A stretch of DNA of 64,000 nucleotides from Deltaproteobacteria bacterium (GCA_046583355.1 JAYGCM010000017.1:1-64000); one strand, 5' to 3'; positions 38,425 through 48,359 are shown, counted from the first letter of the stretch. Notes: generated from the letters alone by a model not told the origin. Numbers and translations: made by a program.

Positions 38425-40095
38425 CTAGTTGTTTCCGAGAAGCCGATCAGGGGCGAAAAACTCAAGTGGGGTACCCTTGCGAGGGTGGCGGATCTTGAGC
38501 CGCTGGGCGTGCAGCATGAGCCGCTCGGCCGGCGGACCGCCGTAGAGCGCGTCGCCGACAATGGGCGATCCAAGGCCGCGCGGGTCGGCCAGGTGGACGC
38601 GAAGCTGGTGCGTGCGGCCCGTCCGCGGGCTCAGAATCAGGCGGGTGGCAAAGCGAATTGTCTCAAGCCCGTTGGCTTGGGCCGCGTTCGGTCGGGATCT
38701 TGCGACGCCATCTGGATCGGCTGTCTCCGCAAGCACCCGCCAGTCGGTGACGGCTGGGCGGCCATGGTCCGGGTCGACTCGCTGGCGCGGCCGGTTGGCG
38801 GGGTCGCCGCAGAGCGGCAACTCGATGCGCCCCTCGGCCGTGCTCGGGCGGTCTCGAACCCATGCGATATATTCTTTCTCGACCCGGCGCTCGGTGAACT
38901 CCGCTTGCAGCTGGCGCAGCGCGTCGGGGCTGCGGGCCAGCACGAGGATCCCCGAGGTGGCTTGGTCGAGGCGATGCGCCGCGCGCAGGAAGGCGTCTTC
39001 GGGGCGGAGTAGTTGTAATCTTGTCTCGACGCAATCGCGCGCCTCGAGATGCCGGCCCGGGGTAGAGAGCAGCCCGGCGGGCTTGTCGATCACGAGGAGA
39101 TCTTCGTCTTCGAAAATCACCGCGATGGGTGGCTCCGGCTGCTCGTGCCCGCAGAGCAGGTGGCCCAGGATCGGGCCGCATTTTTCCTCGCACGGTGGGT
39201 AGAAGACGCCCGCCTCGCGCTCGGTCGAGGCCGGGCTCGGGCCCCACCAGAATTCGACCAGACCGGTGGGCCGGATGCCGCGCAGGGCGGCCTCCTGGAG
39301 TAGCTTGGGGGCACAGCATTCCCCGCTCCCGGTCGGCACGGCGCCGCCCGGGAAGAATGTGCGCACGGGCTGGTAGAGGCCACGGAAGTTCAGCAGGCCA
39401 TGCGCGGCATGCATGGCGGCTTGCAACTCCCGTGAACGCGCGGCGCGCTCGCGGCGCAATGCCAGACGCTGCTCGATGCGTGTCGAGAGTTCTTCTTGGA
39501 GTTCGCGGATGGAGTCGCGTCGGTCACGGCGCAGAGTCTTCAAGGCGGCGCGTAGACGCCCGCTCTCGAGGTCGAGTTCGGTCAGACGTGCGGTCGTTGC
39601 GGAGTCGGACGCTTGTTTCGCAAGCTGCGCGCGCTCACTCCTGCGCGAGTCTTTGCGTTGGGCGCGTTCGGTCTCCCGCATGGCGATTTCCGCGTCGAAG
39701 TCTCGCGTGCGCTCGGCGATCGCGGCGCGCACGCCGTCCGGGGAGAGTGCTTCGATCTTCTCGCTGAGCGTGCGCAGCCCGTGCAGCGTCCGTTCCTCCT
39801 CGGTCGCGGTCAGGTTGCCGCTACGGGTCGGTCCGACGAATCCGGGTGCGAAGGTGGCACCGGCCAGCATCCCCGAGAAGGCGCGTAGCTCCGTCTGTGC
39901 GCCGCTCGGGTCGCGGCCCACCAATACGCCGAGCATCTTGCCCTCCTTGGCAAAGAGCTTCGAGCCTTGGAGTTCAGATTGCAGGCCGCGTGCCGCCGCA
40001 AGCGCTTCGGCCGAAGCGGGCAGGCGGTGTTCCTTGCTGCAGACGCGGCAGAGGCCGCGGGTATCGCGCGCGGAGGGCACGCTCGGGCTTATCAT
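38425..40095 (-). CDS. RluA-family pseudouridine synthase, long form with N-terminal extension
   Basis: IDKPAGLLS, catalytic AHRLDQATSG, TGRTHQLRVH, LMLHA; N-terminal GKMLGVL, coiled coil, GECCAPKLLQ; start uncertain. Confidence 0.9.
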   Translation of the reverse strand: MISPSVPSARDTRGLCRVCSKEHRLPASAEALAAARGLQSELQGSKLFAKEGKMLGVLVGRDPSGAQTELRAFSGMLAGATFAPGFVGPTRSGNLTATEEERTLHGLRTLSEKIEALSPDGVRAAIAERTRDFDAEIAMRETERAQRKDSRRSERAQLAKQASDSATTARLTELDLESGRLRAALKTLRRDRRDSIRELQEELSTRIEQRLALRRERAARSRELQAAMHAAHGLLNFRGLYQPVRTFFPGGAVPTGSGECCAPKLLQEAALRGIRPTGLVEFWWGPSPASTEREAGVFYPPCEEKCGPILGHLLCGHEQPEPPIAVIFEDEDLLVIDKPAGLLSTPGRHLEARDCVETRLQLLRPEDAFLRAAHRLDQATSGILVLARSPDALRQLQAEFTERRVEKEYIAWVRDRPSTAEGRIELPLCGDPANRPRQRVDPDHGRPAVTDWRVLAETADPDGVARSRPNAAQANGLETIRFATRLILSPRTGRTHQLRVHLADPRGLGSPIVGDALYGGPPAERLMLHAQRLKIRHPRKGTPLEFFAPDRLLGNN

Positions 40096-40184
40096 GCGGC
40101 CCCCAGGTCTGCTGGCGTGGCCGTGGGTGGTGCTCGGGGCCGGCCCGTTTCCGCATTGGTCGGCCCGCATGGTAGGGCAGGAGC

Positions 40185-40946
40185 GTGGCACGCGAGGGCA
40201 GGCTGGCACGCGGCGTCTGGCTGGGGCCTCTCGTCGCGGTGATCGGATTGGTGACGTATTTCACCATCTTCTACCGCTGGCCGCTCACGCGTGATCTCCC
40301 CTGGCTGAATTTCCTTGTCATCGCCGCCGGTATCGCTTTGGCGTTCTCCGGCATGCGCGCGAGTCCCGGCACGGGCTGGCGTGCGGGAGTGGCGCGGCTT
40401 GCGGTGGGCGTAAGCTTGCTGCCGGCAGCCTTGCTCGCCTGGTACTCCTTCGTTTTCTCCGCCCAGATGCCGGCAACCGATTTGGCGGCGGGGCCCGGCA
40501 CCGAACTCCCTGCGCTGATTCTGCTCGACGATAAAGGCGATGCTTTCCACCTCGGTATGGCGGGCGAGAAGCGCGCGCTGATCGTCTTCTATCGGGGCTT
40601 CTGGTGACCTTTCTGTCGTTCGGAGCTGCAGGGTCTGCAGTCACAGATAGATGATTTCACGAAGCGCGGCGTGCAGGTGATCGCCATCTCGCCCGATACG
40701 GTCGAGCAGAACGCGGGTGTTGTGGCTGACCTCGGACTCTCGTTTCCGATCCTCTCCGACCCGAACCTAGAACTGACCGACGCGCTCTCCTTGCGCCACA
40801 CCGGCGCGTCTATCGAAGGCACGGATGTGCCTCGTCCGGCCACCTATTTTGTCGAGGGCGGTCGGGTTATCTGGGTTGATGTCACGGAAAATTACCGCAT
40901 CCGGCCGCGGCCCGATGCATTGCTGGCCCGCATCCCGCCGGCTTGA
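40185..40946 (+). CDS. Membrane-anchored AhpC/TSA (peroxiredoxin-like) selenoprotein, UxxC motif; Sec at TGA 40605-40607
   Basis: ORFs 40185..40607 and 40671..40946 share a frame; read-through gives VFYRGFW-U-PFCRSEL...VIAISPD...FPILSD...RPATY; SECIS-like hairpin follows. Confidence 0.85.
40613..40647 (+). promoter_or_regulatory. Bacterial SECIS-like element
   Basis: TCTGT...CTGCAG-GGT-CTGCAG...ACAGA stem-loop; G-starting apical loop ~24 nt after TGA. Confidence 0.7.
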
Positions 40947-41010
40947 ACCGGCTCAGCTTTGTGCATCGGCAAATCGCCAATGATCCGCAAGTAAAATTTG
41001 GAGAACGTTC

Positions 41011-41394
41011 ATGAAAGCCTGGAAGATCATCACCCAACTCCTCGCCCTTTTCTTTCTCGTGCAGGGATTGAACTGGATCATCGACCCGAGAGGTGCGGCC
41101 GCCTCTCTGGGCATGCCATTGCTCGACGGCATCGGCCGCAGCACGCAGATCGGAGACTTCGCGGCCTTCTTTCTGTCCGTCGGCACGATGATCGCGATGG
41201 GGACCTACCCGGGCCAGGCGCAATGGCTCTATGGCGGCGCGCTACTGCTGGGTCTGGCGGCCATCATGCGAACGATGGCCGCGCTGGTTCACGGCGCTGA
41301 TTTCGCTGTCATGCCGATCACGATTGAAACCTTATGTGCCGTCTTTCTTTGCGTCGCGGTGGGGAAGCTCAGAGCCAACGCGGCCGAAGCTTAG
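41011..41394 (+). CDS. Small 4-TM membrane protein (DUF4345-like)
   Basis: 127 aa, four hydrophobic helices, RBS GGAGA. Confidence 0.75.
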   Translation: MKAWKIITQLLALFFLVQGLNWIIDPRGAAASLGMPLLDGIGRSTQIGDFAAFFLSVGTMIAMGTYPGQAQWLYGGALLLGLAAIMRTMAALVHGADFAVMPITIETLCAVFLCVAVGKLRANAAEA

Positions 41395-43310
41395 CCTGCC
41401 CGGGGCGCCGAGCGCGCCTGCAGCCAGATGGCCGAGGAGACGGCGCGTTCCTGAATTGACGTGGGTGTCGGCGCGTCAATACCCCAATCTCGCGCATCGT
41501 AGGTTGACCAGCGCGGCGTAGGAATCTCAAGCACGCGGGCGTAATAGAAGGCTTCCTGCCCGGCGATATAATCGGGGTCGCGCCATAGGGCTTTGAGCGC
41601 GGCGGCGCCAATCGTATTGGTAAAGCTCGCCTCGGTCTCGTTGACCGTATTGCCGACAGGGCCCACGCGGTGCGTCGTAGCATCGGGCACTCGGCCGCCC
41701 GAGGCTTGGATATCGTAGATGCGCTCGAAGCTCTGCCCTTTGCCATCGACCCAGCCTTTGATGATCTGGATGCGATCGAGGTTCGCACCCAGCGGGTCCT
41801 TCAACGCGGTGACGAGAAAGCTCGGGGTGGCTTCGCCCGGCGGCAATTCCCCGCCCATCGGTACGCCGCGTGCGAGTGCTTTTTCCACTTGCCGGGGATC
41901 GTCCAGGATCCCGGCGGGGAAGTCGCGGCTGGCGAAGAAGCGCAAGGTGATACGCGGCCCGGAGGTGGCGTAGGTCTCCTTGCGGCGCATGGCATCAAAG
42001 AGTGAAGCGCGGGTATTTTCCTCCGCCCAGACGGCGGCCAAGCCGGCGGCACTCCAGCGCCGCGCCCGGTTCTGACTCGCGGGCAGAAGCATGGTTTCGC
42101 CCAGGCGCAGCCCCGAGGTGCCGTCAATCATCGGCAGCTTGCCATGGTAATTGTCTTCTTCCACTGAAGAGCTCGCATTATGCGAGTCGCTGCTGCCGAT
42201 GACACCGAAGCGGTAGGGGTTGAACCCGCGACGGGAGGACATCTCGAGGCCGCTGCGCAGGGCATCGCGCGCATAGCTGCCGCGCGGTTCGCTGAACGCG
42301 CCCGAGGCGCTGAGCAACTGGTCGAGAATCTCGAAGCCGGCGAACTCGTCTTTGTCGGAGAGTTGGGGGTGGGTCTCGGACGATCCCTTGACCTGAAAGA
42401 TTTCACTGATCGGCTCGTTGCGCATTCGGGTGGCCGCGTAGTTCTCGCTCAGAGGGGAGCCGTCGAATTGGACGCGATCATACATCTTGCCGCCGCTCAC
42501 GTTGCCGTTATGCGGGATGGCGATCATCTCCATGCCTTGACGGCGCTGTTCCTCGAGGGCACGCCAGAGGTCCTCGGGATTGTCGGAGTCGAGCGAACTC
42601 ACCGGGAAGTCCGGCACCTGCGCCGAGCGGTAGATGATATTGCGGTGGAGGTTCTTCTCCTGCGGCATCGAGGTCCACTCGTAGCCGAGGAAGGCGGTGA
42701 AACGGCCGGGCTCATTATGCCGCTCTGCGGTGGCGATGATATCTTCCCAGGCGCTGCGCGAGACATCCGTAGCGCCGCCGCCGAAGGCTTCCCGGCGCGT
42801 CTCCGAGCTGCCCATTTTTGTCAGTATCGTATAGAGAAAATTGGCCGTGATGCGCAGCGGATTGCCGGTCTGCATGATTTCGCGCAGCGACAGTTCGGTG
42901 TCGCCCTCGGCCTCGTCGCGGGCGCGTGCGGCGCCGAGGAATTCGGCGTGATCGGTGACAGAGGCGAAGTCGAGAGGCCGCCAGGCGCGGATAGGGTAGC
43001 CGAGTGCATGCTCGATCGTGCCGCCCTTGGCATAGACGTAGACCTCCTCGGGCAGGGCGCGTACGCCGAGCGTATAGGCGTCGAAAGAGTGGCTGGAATG
43101 AATATGCAGGTCGCCCCAGAAAACGTTGCGGGTCTCCGTATGGCCCAGTTCGCGTAGTGGTGGGGGCGGTGCCTTGAGGCGCGGATTGTCGGCCGGCTCA
43201 AGCGTCGGGTCGTCCTTCGTGCAGGCCACAGCGACCAGGGCGAGAGCGAGAAAGAGCGCGGCGCAGGTTCCGGGCCGCCGCAGGGAAAGGGTAGGGGTCC
43301 GCGACATCAT
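41391..43310 (-). CDS. DUF3604 family protein (PHP-like metallohydrolase fold), lipoprotein
   Basis: Lipobox AVAC; WGDLHIHS, DFASVTDHAE, NLHRN, IPHNGN, GSSDSHN, RKETYATSGPR, IQERAVSSAIW. Confidence 0.88.
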   Translation of the reverse strand: MMSRTPTLSLRRPGTCAALFLALALVAVACTKDDPTLEPADNPRLKAPPPPLRELGHTETRNVFWGDLHIHSSHSFDAYTLGVRALPEEVYVYAKGGTIEHALGYPIRAWRPLDFASVTDHAEFLGAARARDEAEGDTELSLREIMQTGNPLRITANFLYTILTKMGSSETRREAFGGGATDVSRSAWEDIIATAERHNEPGRFTAFLGYEWTSMPQEKNLHRNIIYRSAQVPDFPVSSLDSDNPEDLWRALEEQRRQGMEMIAIPHNGNVSGGKMYDRVQFDGSPLSENYAATRMRNEPISEIFQVKGSSETHPQLSDKDEFAGFEILDQLLSASGAFSEPRGSYARDALRSGLEMSSRRGFNPYRFGVIGSSDSHNASSSVEEDNYHGKLPMIDGTSGLRLGETMLLPASQNRARRWSAAGLAAVWAEENTRASLFDAMRRKETYATSGPRITLRFFASRDFPAGILDDPRQVEKALARGVPMGGELPPGEATPSFLVTALKDPLGANLDRIQIIKGWVDGKGQSFERIYDIQASGGRVPDATTHRVGPVGNTVNETEASFTNTIGAAALKALWRDPDYIAGQEAFYYARVLEIPTPRWSTYDARDWGIDAPTPTSIQERAVSSAIWLQARSAPRAG

Positions 43311-43387
43311 GGAGGATCTTATAACCTCTGCACCCGGCCTGCTATAGACGCGCTCACATAGACGCTGTCGCAGCGAAGGAGTGGAAA

Positions 43388-43924
43388 ATGGCAACTACAG
43401 ATGAACAACCCGATATGGCCGAATTGCTGCAGGCCGGCGCGACGCTGCCGACGCACGGCCTCACCGAGGCAATGCATATCGGCAAGGACGACCTGCCCTT
43501 TGTCGACCTCGGCGACGGCAGCACCCTGCAATTGCTCCAGGTCGATCTGAACCAAGGCCTTTGGGTGATCAATACTCGCTTCTCGCCGGGCTATAAGGTG
43601 CAGAAGCATTACCATACGGGCCCCGTATTCGCGGTGACCCATAGCGGGAGTTGGTACTATAAAGAGTACCCCGATGACGTGAATCGCGCTGGTTCGTATC
43701 TCTACGAGCCCGCTCATTCGGTGCATACGCTGATGGTATCGGAAGACAACGAAGGCGATACCGAAGTCTGGTTTGCTATCAACGGTGCCAATATCAATAT
43801 GGACGAAGAAGGTCGCGTCGTCGGCGTGGTCGATGCCCAGGGCGTCCTCGGCGTCTACCGGGCGCTATGCGAGGCGCAGGGGGTCTCGCACGAGAAGGTC
43901 ATCGTGATCGGCGAGCCGAAATAG
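43388..43924 (+). CDS. 2,4'-dihydroxyacetophenone dioxygenase-like cupin
   Basis: HYHTGPVFAVTHSGSWYYKEY and GSYLYEPAHSVHTL cupin motifs. Confidence 0.82.
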   Translation: MATTDEQPDMAELLQAGATLPTHGLTEAMHIGKDDLPFVDLGDGSTLQLLQVDLNQGLWVINTRFSPGYKVQKHYHTGPVFAVTHSGSWYYKEYPDDVNRAGSYLYEPAHSVHTLMVSEDNEGDTEVWFAINGANINMDEEGRVVGVVDAQGVLGVYRALCEAQGVSHEKVIVIGEPK

Positions 43925-44013
43925 CGAGCGGTAGGCGGGCGGCGTCTTCGAGCAGGCGGCGCAGCATTGGCGAAGAGCGTGTCCTTCCCGTACCCCTCAC
44001 GGGGTAGGTGCCG

Positions 44014-44097
44014 GCCGGAGTGGCGGAATTGGTAGACGCGCCGGATTCAAAATCCGGTTTCTTCACGGAAGTGTGGGTTCGAGTCCCACCTCCGGTA
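44014..44097 (+). tRNA. tRNA-Leu (anticodon CAA)
   Basis: GCCGGAG/CTCCGGT acceptor stem, D-loop GGAATTGGTAGAC, CCGGA-TTCAAAA-TCCGG anticodon arm, long variable arm, GGTTCGAGTCC T-arm; CCA not encoded. Confidence 0.97.
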
Positions 44098-44182
44098 CTT
44101 GCAGTCTCCGAACCTCTCGGGCGCGCCTCGAATATTGCGTGAGTGATTGCGTGAAGTGTCGTGGTCGGTGAGGATGGGCGGG

Positions 44183-45496
44183 ATGCTGAAGTGCTCTCGG
44201 GGCTATGTGGTTACCGGCGCCAACGCGACGGATGTGGAGGCCGTCGACCGTTTCCGCGCGCGCCTGATCCGTATGGAGGGTGGCGCCGATTTCGTCCTTG
44301 ATGCCGCCTTGGAGGCGCCGGGTTGCGCGCTCCTGCAGATCTACGCCGCGCTTTTCTGGCTGCATGGCGCAACGCGCGCCGCCTATGCCCAGGCGATCCC
44401 CTGGATCGAGCGCGCCGAGACGGTCCGTGCGGGCATCAGCGGGCGCGAGGCGCAGCTCTTGGCGGCAGCGAAGCTCTGGCTCGCAGGCGACCCCGAAGCG
44501 ACGATGGATATGTTCGAGAGCATCACCGAGTCGTTCCCTCGCGATCAGGTCGCTGCGAAATCATGCGAGTTCAACCAATTTATTGTCGGTCAGCATTTTC
44601 AGGCCGCACGTTTCCTTGCCCATATGGAGCGCATCGCCGAGGCCAACGCGGACACAAGCGACATCATCGCCATGCGGGCCTTCGCCAACGAGTTGTCTGG
44701 TAATTACGACGAGGCGCGGCGCCACGCTGAGCACGCCATCAAGCTTCATTATGCAACGCCGTGGGCGCATCATGCGCTGGCCCATATCGCGCTCGTCAAT
44801 GATGATATTGAGAGCGGCCTCGCCGAGCAGAACGCCTTCTTGTCCACCTGGAACCAGCCTGGCCCGACGATCCACGGCCATAATAGCTGGCACCTCGCTT
44901 TGCTCCGCCTGCAGGCTGGCGACACCGAGGGCAGCCTCGCGCTTCTCGACGGCCGGATCTGGGGCGCCTTGACCGAGTCGATCACTGAACAAACCGATAC
45001 GATCTCGCTTCTTTGGCGCATTGAGATGGACGGTGGCCAGGTCCGCGGTGGCCTCTGGGCAGAAATCGCCGCGGCTTGCGCGCCGCTGGCCGGCGACGCC
45101 TTGTTGCCCTTCGTAAGCGCGCACCATGCCTATGCCTTTTCGCGCGCTGAAGGCAGCAGCGCGTTGGAAGAACTGCGCGCGAGTGCTGCCCGTGCCGGCC
45201 GTGAAGGCAGCGAGGCGCGCCGACGTGTCTGGGGGGAGGTCGGTATCCCGGCCATCGAGGCGGGAGTCGCGGCCGCCCAGGGCGACTCGGCGGGCGTCGT
45301 CCGGAGTCTCCTTGGCGTGTTCCCTGAGCTTCCGCGTCTCGGCGGCAGCGACGCGCAGGGCGACCTCTGGCGTCAGGCCTTGGTCTACGCGTTGGTGAAC
45401 TTGGGCCGCGATCGCGAAGCCCGCGCTCTCCTCCCACTCTTCCCTGGCAATCGCCGCGCCTCTCGCCTGCTCGAAGCTCGCGCCCTCTCGGCATGA
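44183..45496 (+). CDS. Tetratricopeptide repeat protein 38 (TTC38)-like protein
   Basis: AFANE, PWAHHALAH, HNSWHLAL, SLLWR, LGGSDAQGD motifs typical of TTC38 homologs; start 44174 or 44183. Confidence 0.8.
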   Translation: MLKCSRGYVVTGANATDVEAVDRFRARLIRMEGGADFVLDAALEAPGCALLQIYAALFWLHGATRAAYAQAIPWIERAETVRAGISGREAQLLAAAKLWLAGDPEATMDMFESITESFPRDQVAAKSCEFNQFIVGQHFQAARFLAHMERIAEANADTSDIIAMRAFANELSGNYDEARRHAEHAIKLHYATPWAHHALAHIALVNDDIESGLAEQNAFLSTWNQPGPTIHGHNSWHLALLRLQAGDTEGSLALLDGRIWGALTESITEQTDTISLLWRIEMDGGQVRGGLWAEIAAACAPLAGDALLPFVSAHHAYAFSRAEGSSALEELRASAARAGREGSEARRRVWGEVGIPAIEAGVAAAQGDSAGVVRSLLGVFPELPRLGGSDAQGDLWRQALVYALVNLGRDREARALLPLFPGNRRASRLLEARALSA

Positions 45497-45524
45497 ACGA
45501 CCGCAGCCGCGCGTGGCCCCGGCG

Positions 45525-45947
45525 TCAGGTGTCCTGGCCGAGATAGGTGAAGCCGTAGCCCTGGGCGGCGCGGCCCAATTCGTGGTCATGGGTTGCGAAT
45601 TGCAGGTCCGGCTCGCGCATCTCGCGAACGAAGAGAGCGCTCACGAGGTGGATGGCGTCGAGAGTTCCGACAGCGCTGGGCATGGGCAGCGAAGCGCGCT
45701 CCAGGATAGCCCGGTCGAGGCTGACGATTTCTAGCCCGTTCTCCATGCTGCGCAATGCTGCATGGGCTTGGGTAATTTGGGAGTCGTTCAGGTTCGCAGC
45801 CAAGCGATGGCGGTCGACGGCTCGCCGTGCCTCGACCAAGAGGATCTCGCTTGCATAGGCGCGCGTCCACGTCGCCCATTCGGGGAGGAGCGGGCGCTGG
45901 TTCAGGAGCACGCGAAGCAACACGCTGGTGTCCAGAAAGAGGATCAC
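45525..45947 (-). CDS. vapC: VapC-family PIN toxin
   Basis: FLDTSV, VEARRA, TLDAIHLVSA, FATHDHEL. Confidence 0.9.
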   Translation of the reverse strand: MILFLDTSVLLRVLLNQRPLLPEWATWTRAYASEILLVEARRAVDRHRLAANLNDSQITQAHAALRSMENGLEIVSLDRAILERASLPMPSAVGTLDAIHLVSALFVREMREPDLQFATHDHELGRAAQGYGFTYLGQDT

Positions 45948-46201
45948 CGGCGGTCGCGGTCCAGGCGCAGCTCCGCGACGATGTTGATGGACTCGCGGGG
46001 TGAGACTCCGCGGACCTGGCGCGTCTCTTCGGGCGAGGCCGTCGCATGCCGAATGCGGATGCCGAGCCCCGCTTCCTCGTAGGGCACCAATCGGGCGACC
46101 GGCGTGCGCCGGTCGCAGACAATCACGGACTCGCCGCTCCTGACCTCCGCGACGTACGCGCTCAAATGAGCCTTGAATTCGCTGATGAGAGCCCGCTTCA
46201 T
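45944..46201 (-). CDS. Phd/YefM family antitoxin
   Basis: ISEFKAHLSAYVAEVRSGESVIVCDRRTPVARLVP. Confidence 0.9.
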   Translation of the reverse strand: MKRALISEFKAHLSAYVAEVRSGESVIVCDRRTPVARLVPYEEAGLGIRIRHATASPEETRQVRGVSPRESINIVAELRLDRDRR

Positions 46202-46208
46202 GGAACTA

Positions 46209-46232
46209 TATATGACCGGATCGGGTCATATA
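46209..46232. promoter_or_regulatory. Palindromic operator of the phd-vapC module
   Basis: TATATGACC-N6-GGTCATATA perfect 9-bp inverted repeat just upstream of the antitoxin ATG. Confidence 0.7.
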
Positions 46233-46405
46233 GTCAAGGCTCGGCTATCGACGCTCGGTTCGGACGCTTCTGCAAACGGCTCGGTCGCGTGCAAGTTGCG
46301 GGCTTTTGGCGGGCTTATTAGTCGAGAGGTGTCCCTTCGGGGCCCTGCTTCGCGTGTGTTTCGCGGCGGGGCGGTCGGTGCGGACAGAAAGTAAGGAGAC
46401 TCATC

Positions 46406-47572
46406 GTGCAGGAAGCAGTGATTATTGACGCAGTCCGGACCCCGGGCGGTCGTCGCAATGGAAGACTCAAAGACCAGCATCCGGCGGCGTTGGCCGGCCA
46501 GGTGCTCAGCGCGATTGCCTCGCGCAACAACCTCGATCCCGCGCTGGTCGACGATGTCATCATGGGCTGCGTCATGCAGGTCGGGCCGCAGTCGGTGAAT
46601 ATTGCGCGCAACGCGCTACTGGCGGCGGGTTGGCCGGAGTCGGTGCCGGGCACCACGGTAGACCGCCAATGCGGCAGCTCGCAGCAGGCGATGCATTTTG
46701 CCGCCCAGGGCGTCATGGCTGGCGTGTATGATGTGGTTGTCGCCGCCGGCACCGAAGTGATGAGCCAGGTGCCGATGGGCGCGTCGATCGTCAAGGGAAT
46801 GAAATTTCCTTTCCCGCAAGAAATGATCGACCGCTACAAGGAGACCGGCTTACCGCCGCAGGGCATCGGTGCCGATATGATCGCCGACCAATGGGGCATC
46901 ACGCGCGAAGAGCTCGATGAGTTCGGTGCGCTTTCGCAGCAACGCGCCGAGCGCGCGCGCGATGAAGGCCGCTTCGCCAACGAGATCATTCCCGTGACGG
47001 TCACCGATGAGGAAGGCAAAGAATTCGTCGTCAAGCATGATGAAGGAATCCGCCCGGGTACGACCGCCGAGATCCTCTCCGGCCTCAAGCCGGCCTTCCA
47101 GGAAAACGGACGCGTCACGGCGGGCAATAGCTCGCAGATCTGTGACGGGGCATCGGCCGTGCTCATCATGAGCGCCGAGAAGGCCAAAGAGCTGGGCCTC
47201 AAGCCGCGGGCGCGTTTCCATTCCTTCGCCGTCGCCGGCTCGGACCCGGTCAAAATGCTCACCGGTCCGATTCCCGCGACCGAGAAGATTCTCAAGAAAA
47301 GCGGACTCTCGATTGACGAGATTGACCTCTTTGAAGTCAATGAAGCGTTTGCCTCGGTCGTGCTGGCCTGGCGCAAAGAGATGGGTGCCGACATCGAAAA
47401 AGTCAATGTGAACGGTGGCGCGATCGCGCTCGGCCATCCGCTGGGGGCCTCGGGCACCAAGCTGATGGCGACTTTGCTCAACGAACTGGAGCGGACCGAC
47501 GGTAGATTCGGTCTGCAAATCATGTGCGAGGGCGGTGGCATGGCCAACGCGACCCTCATTGAAAGGATTTGA
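46406..47572 (+). CDS. Thiolase (acetyl-CoA C-acyltransferase)
   Basis: DRQCGSSQQA (catalytic Cys), NEAFA, GHPLGASG, MCEGGG. Confidence 0.95.
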   Translation: MQEAVIIDAVRTPGGRRNGRLKDQHPAALAGQVLSAIASRNNLDPALVDDVIMGCVMQVGPQSVNIARNALLAAGWPESVPGTTVDRQCGSSQQAMHFAAQGVMAGVYDVVVAAGTEVMSQVPMGASIVKGMKFPFPQEMIDRYKETGLPPQGIGADMIADQWGITREELDEFGALSQQRAERARDEGRFANEIIPVTVTDEEGKEFVVKHDEGIRPGTTAEILSGLKPAFQENGRVTAGNSSQICDGASAVLIMSAEKAKELGLKPRARFHSFAVAGSDPVKMLTGPIPATEKILKKSGLSIDEIDLFEVNEAFASVVLAWRKEMGADIEKVNVNGGAIALGHPLGASGTKLMATLLNELERTDGRFGLQIMCEGGGMANATLIERI

Positions 47573-47575
47573 TTC

Positions 47576-48346
47576 ATGGAACTCAAAGGAGCCTCAGCTC
47601 TCATCACCGGTGGTGCCTCGGGTATCGGCGCCGCCAGCGCTCGTAAGCTTGCCAAACTCGGCGCGCGTCCCCTCATCTGCGACCTGAACGAAGAGAAGGG
47701 TAAAGCGATTGCCGCCGAATTGAACGGCGCCTTCGTGAAAACCGATGTCTCGGACGAAGCTCAGGTGCAGGCGGCGGTGGAAGCCGCTCAGGCGCTCGGC
47801 CCGATCCGCGCCGTGTTGAACGCCGCCGGTCTCGGCAGCGCGAGCCGCACGGTCAACCGTGACGGCGTGCCTTTTCCGCTTGACCAATTCGCTTTCGTGA
47901 TCAAGGTGAACCTGATCGGCACGTTCAACGTGATACGTCTGGCCGCAGCAGCCATGTCGAAACAGGAACCGCTTGACGCCGACGGCCAGCGCGGCGCCAT
48001 CGTGAACCTCGCTTCGGTTGCTGCCTTTGATGGGCAGATCGGCCAGGCCGCCTACTCGGCGTCCAAGGGCGGCATCGTCGGCCTGACTTTGCCGGTAGCC
48101 CGCGACCTGGCTGCCATCGGCATCCGCGTCAACACAATCGCACCGGGGCTGATCGATACGCCGATTTACGGCGAGGGCCCGGCTTCGGAGGATTTCAAGG
48201 CCAATCTCGGCCGTAACGTGCTCTTCCCGAAGCGTCTCGGTAGCGGCGAGGAGCTCGCCTCCATGGTCGTCGAGCTCATCACCAACGATTATATGAATGC
48301 CGAAGTGCTGCGCGTCGATGGCGGCATTCGCATGCCGCCGAAGTGA
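47576..48346 (+). CDS. SDR family 3-hydroxyacyl-CoA dehydrogenase (HSD10-like)
   Basis: TGGASGIG, NLIGTFNV, YSASKGG, RVDGGIRM. Confidence 0.93.
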   Translation: MELKGASALITGGASGIGAASARKLAKLGARPLICDLNEEKGKAIAAELNGAFVKTDVSDEAQVQAAVEAAQALGPIRAVLNAAGLGSASRTVNRDGVPFPLDQFAFVIKVNLIGTFNVIRLAAAAMSKQEPLDADGQRGAIVNLASVAAFDGQIGQAAYSASKGGIVGLTLPVARDLAAIGIRVNTIAPGLIDTPIYGEGPASEDFKANLGRNVLFPKRLGSGEELASMVVELITNDYMNAEVLRVDGGIRMPPK

Positions 48347-48359
48347 AGGGAGTCTGAAA

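Noticed and set aside
44098..46400. Prophage or integrative element at tRNA-Leu
   Set aside because: No integrase, phage or conjugation genes and no attR-like duplication seen in the window
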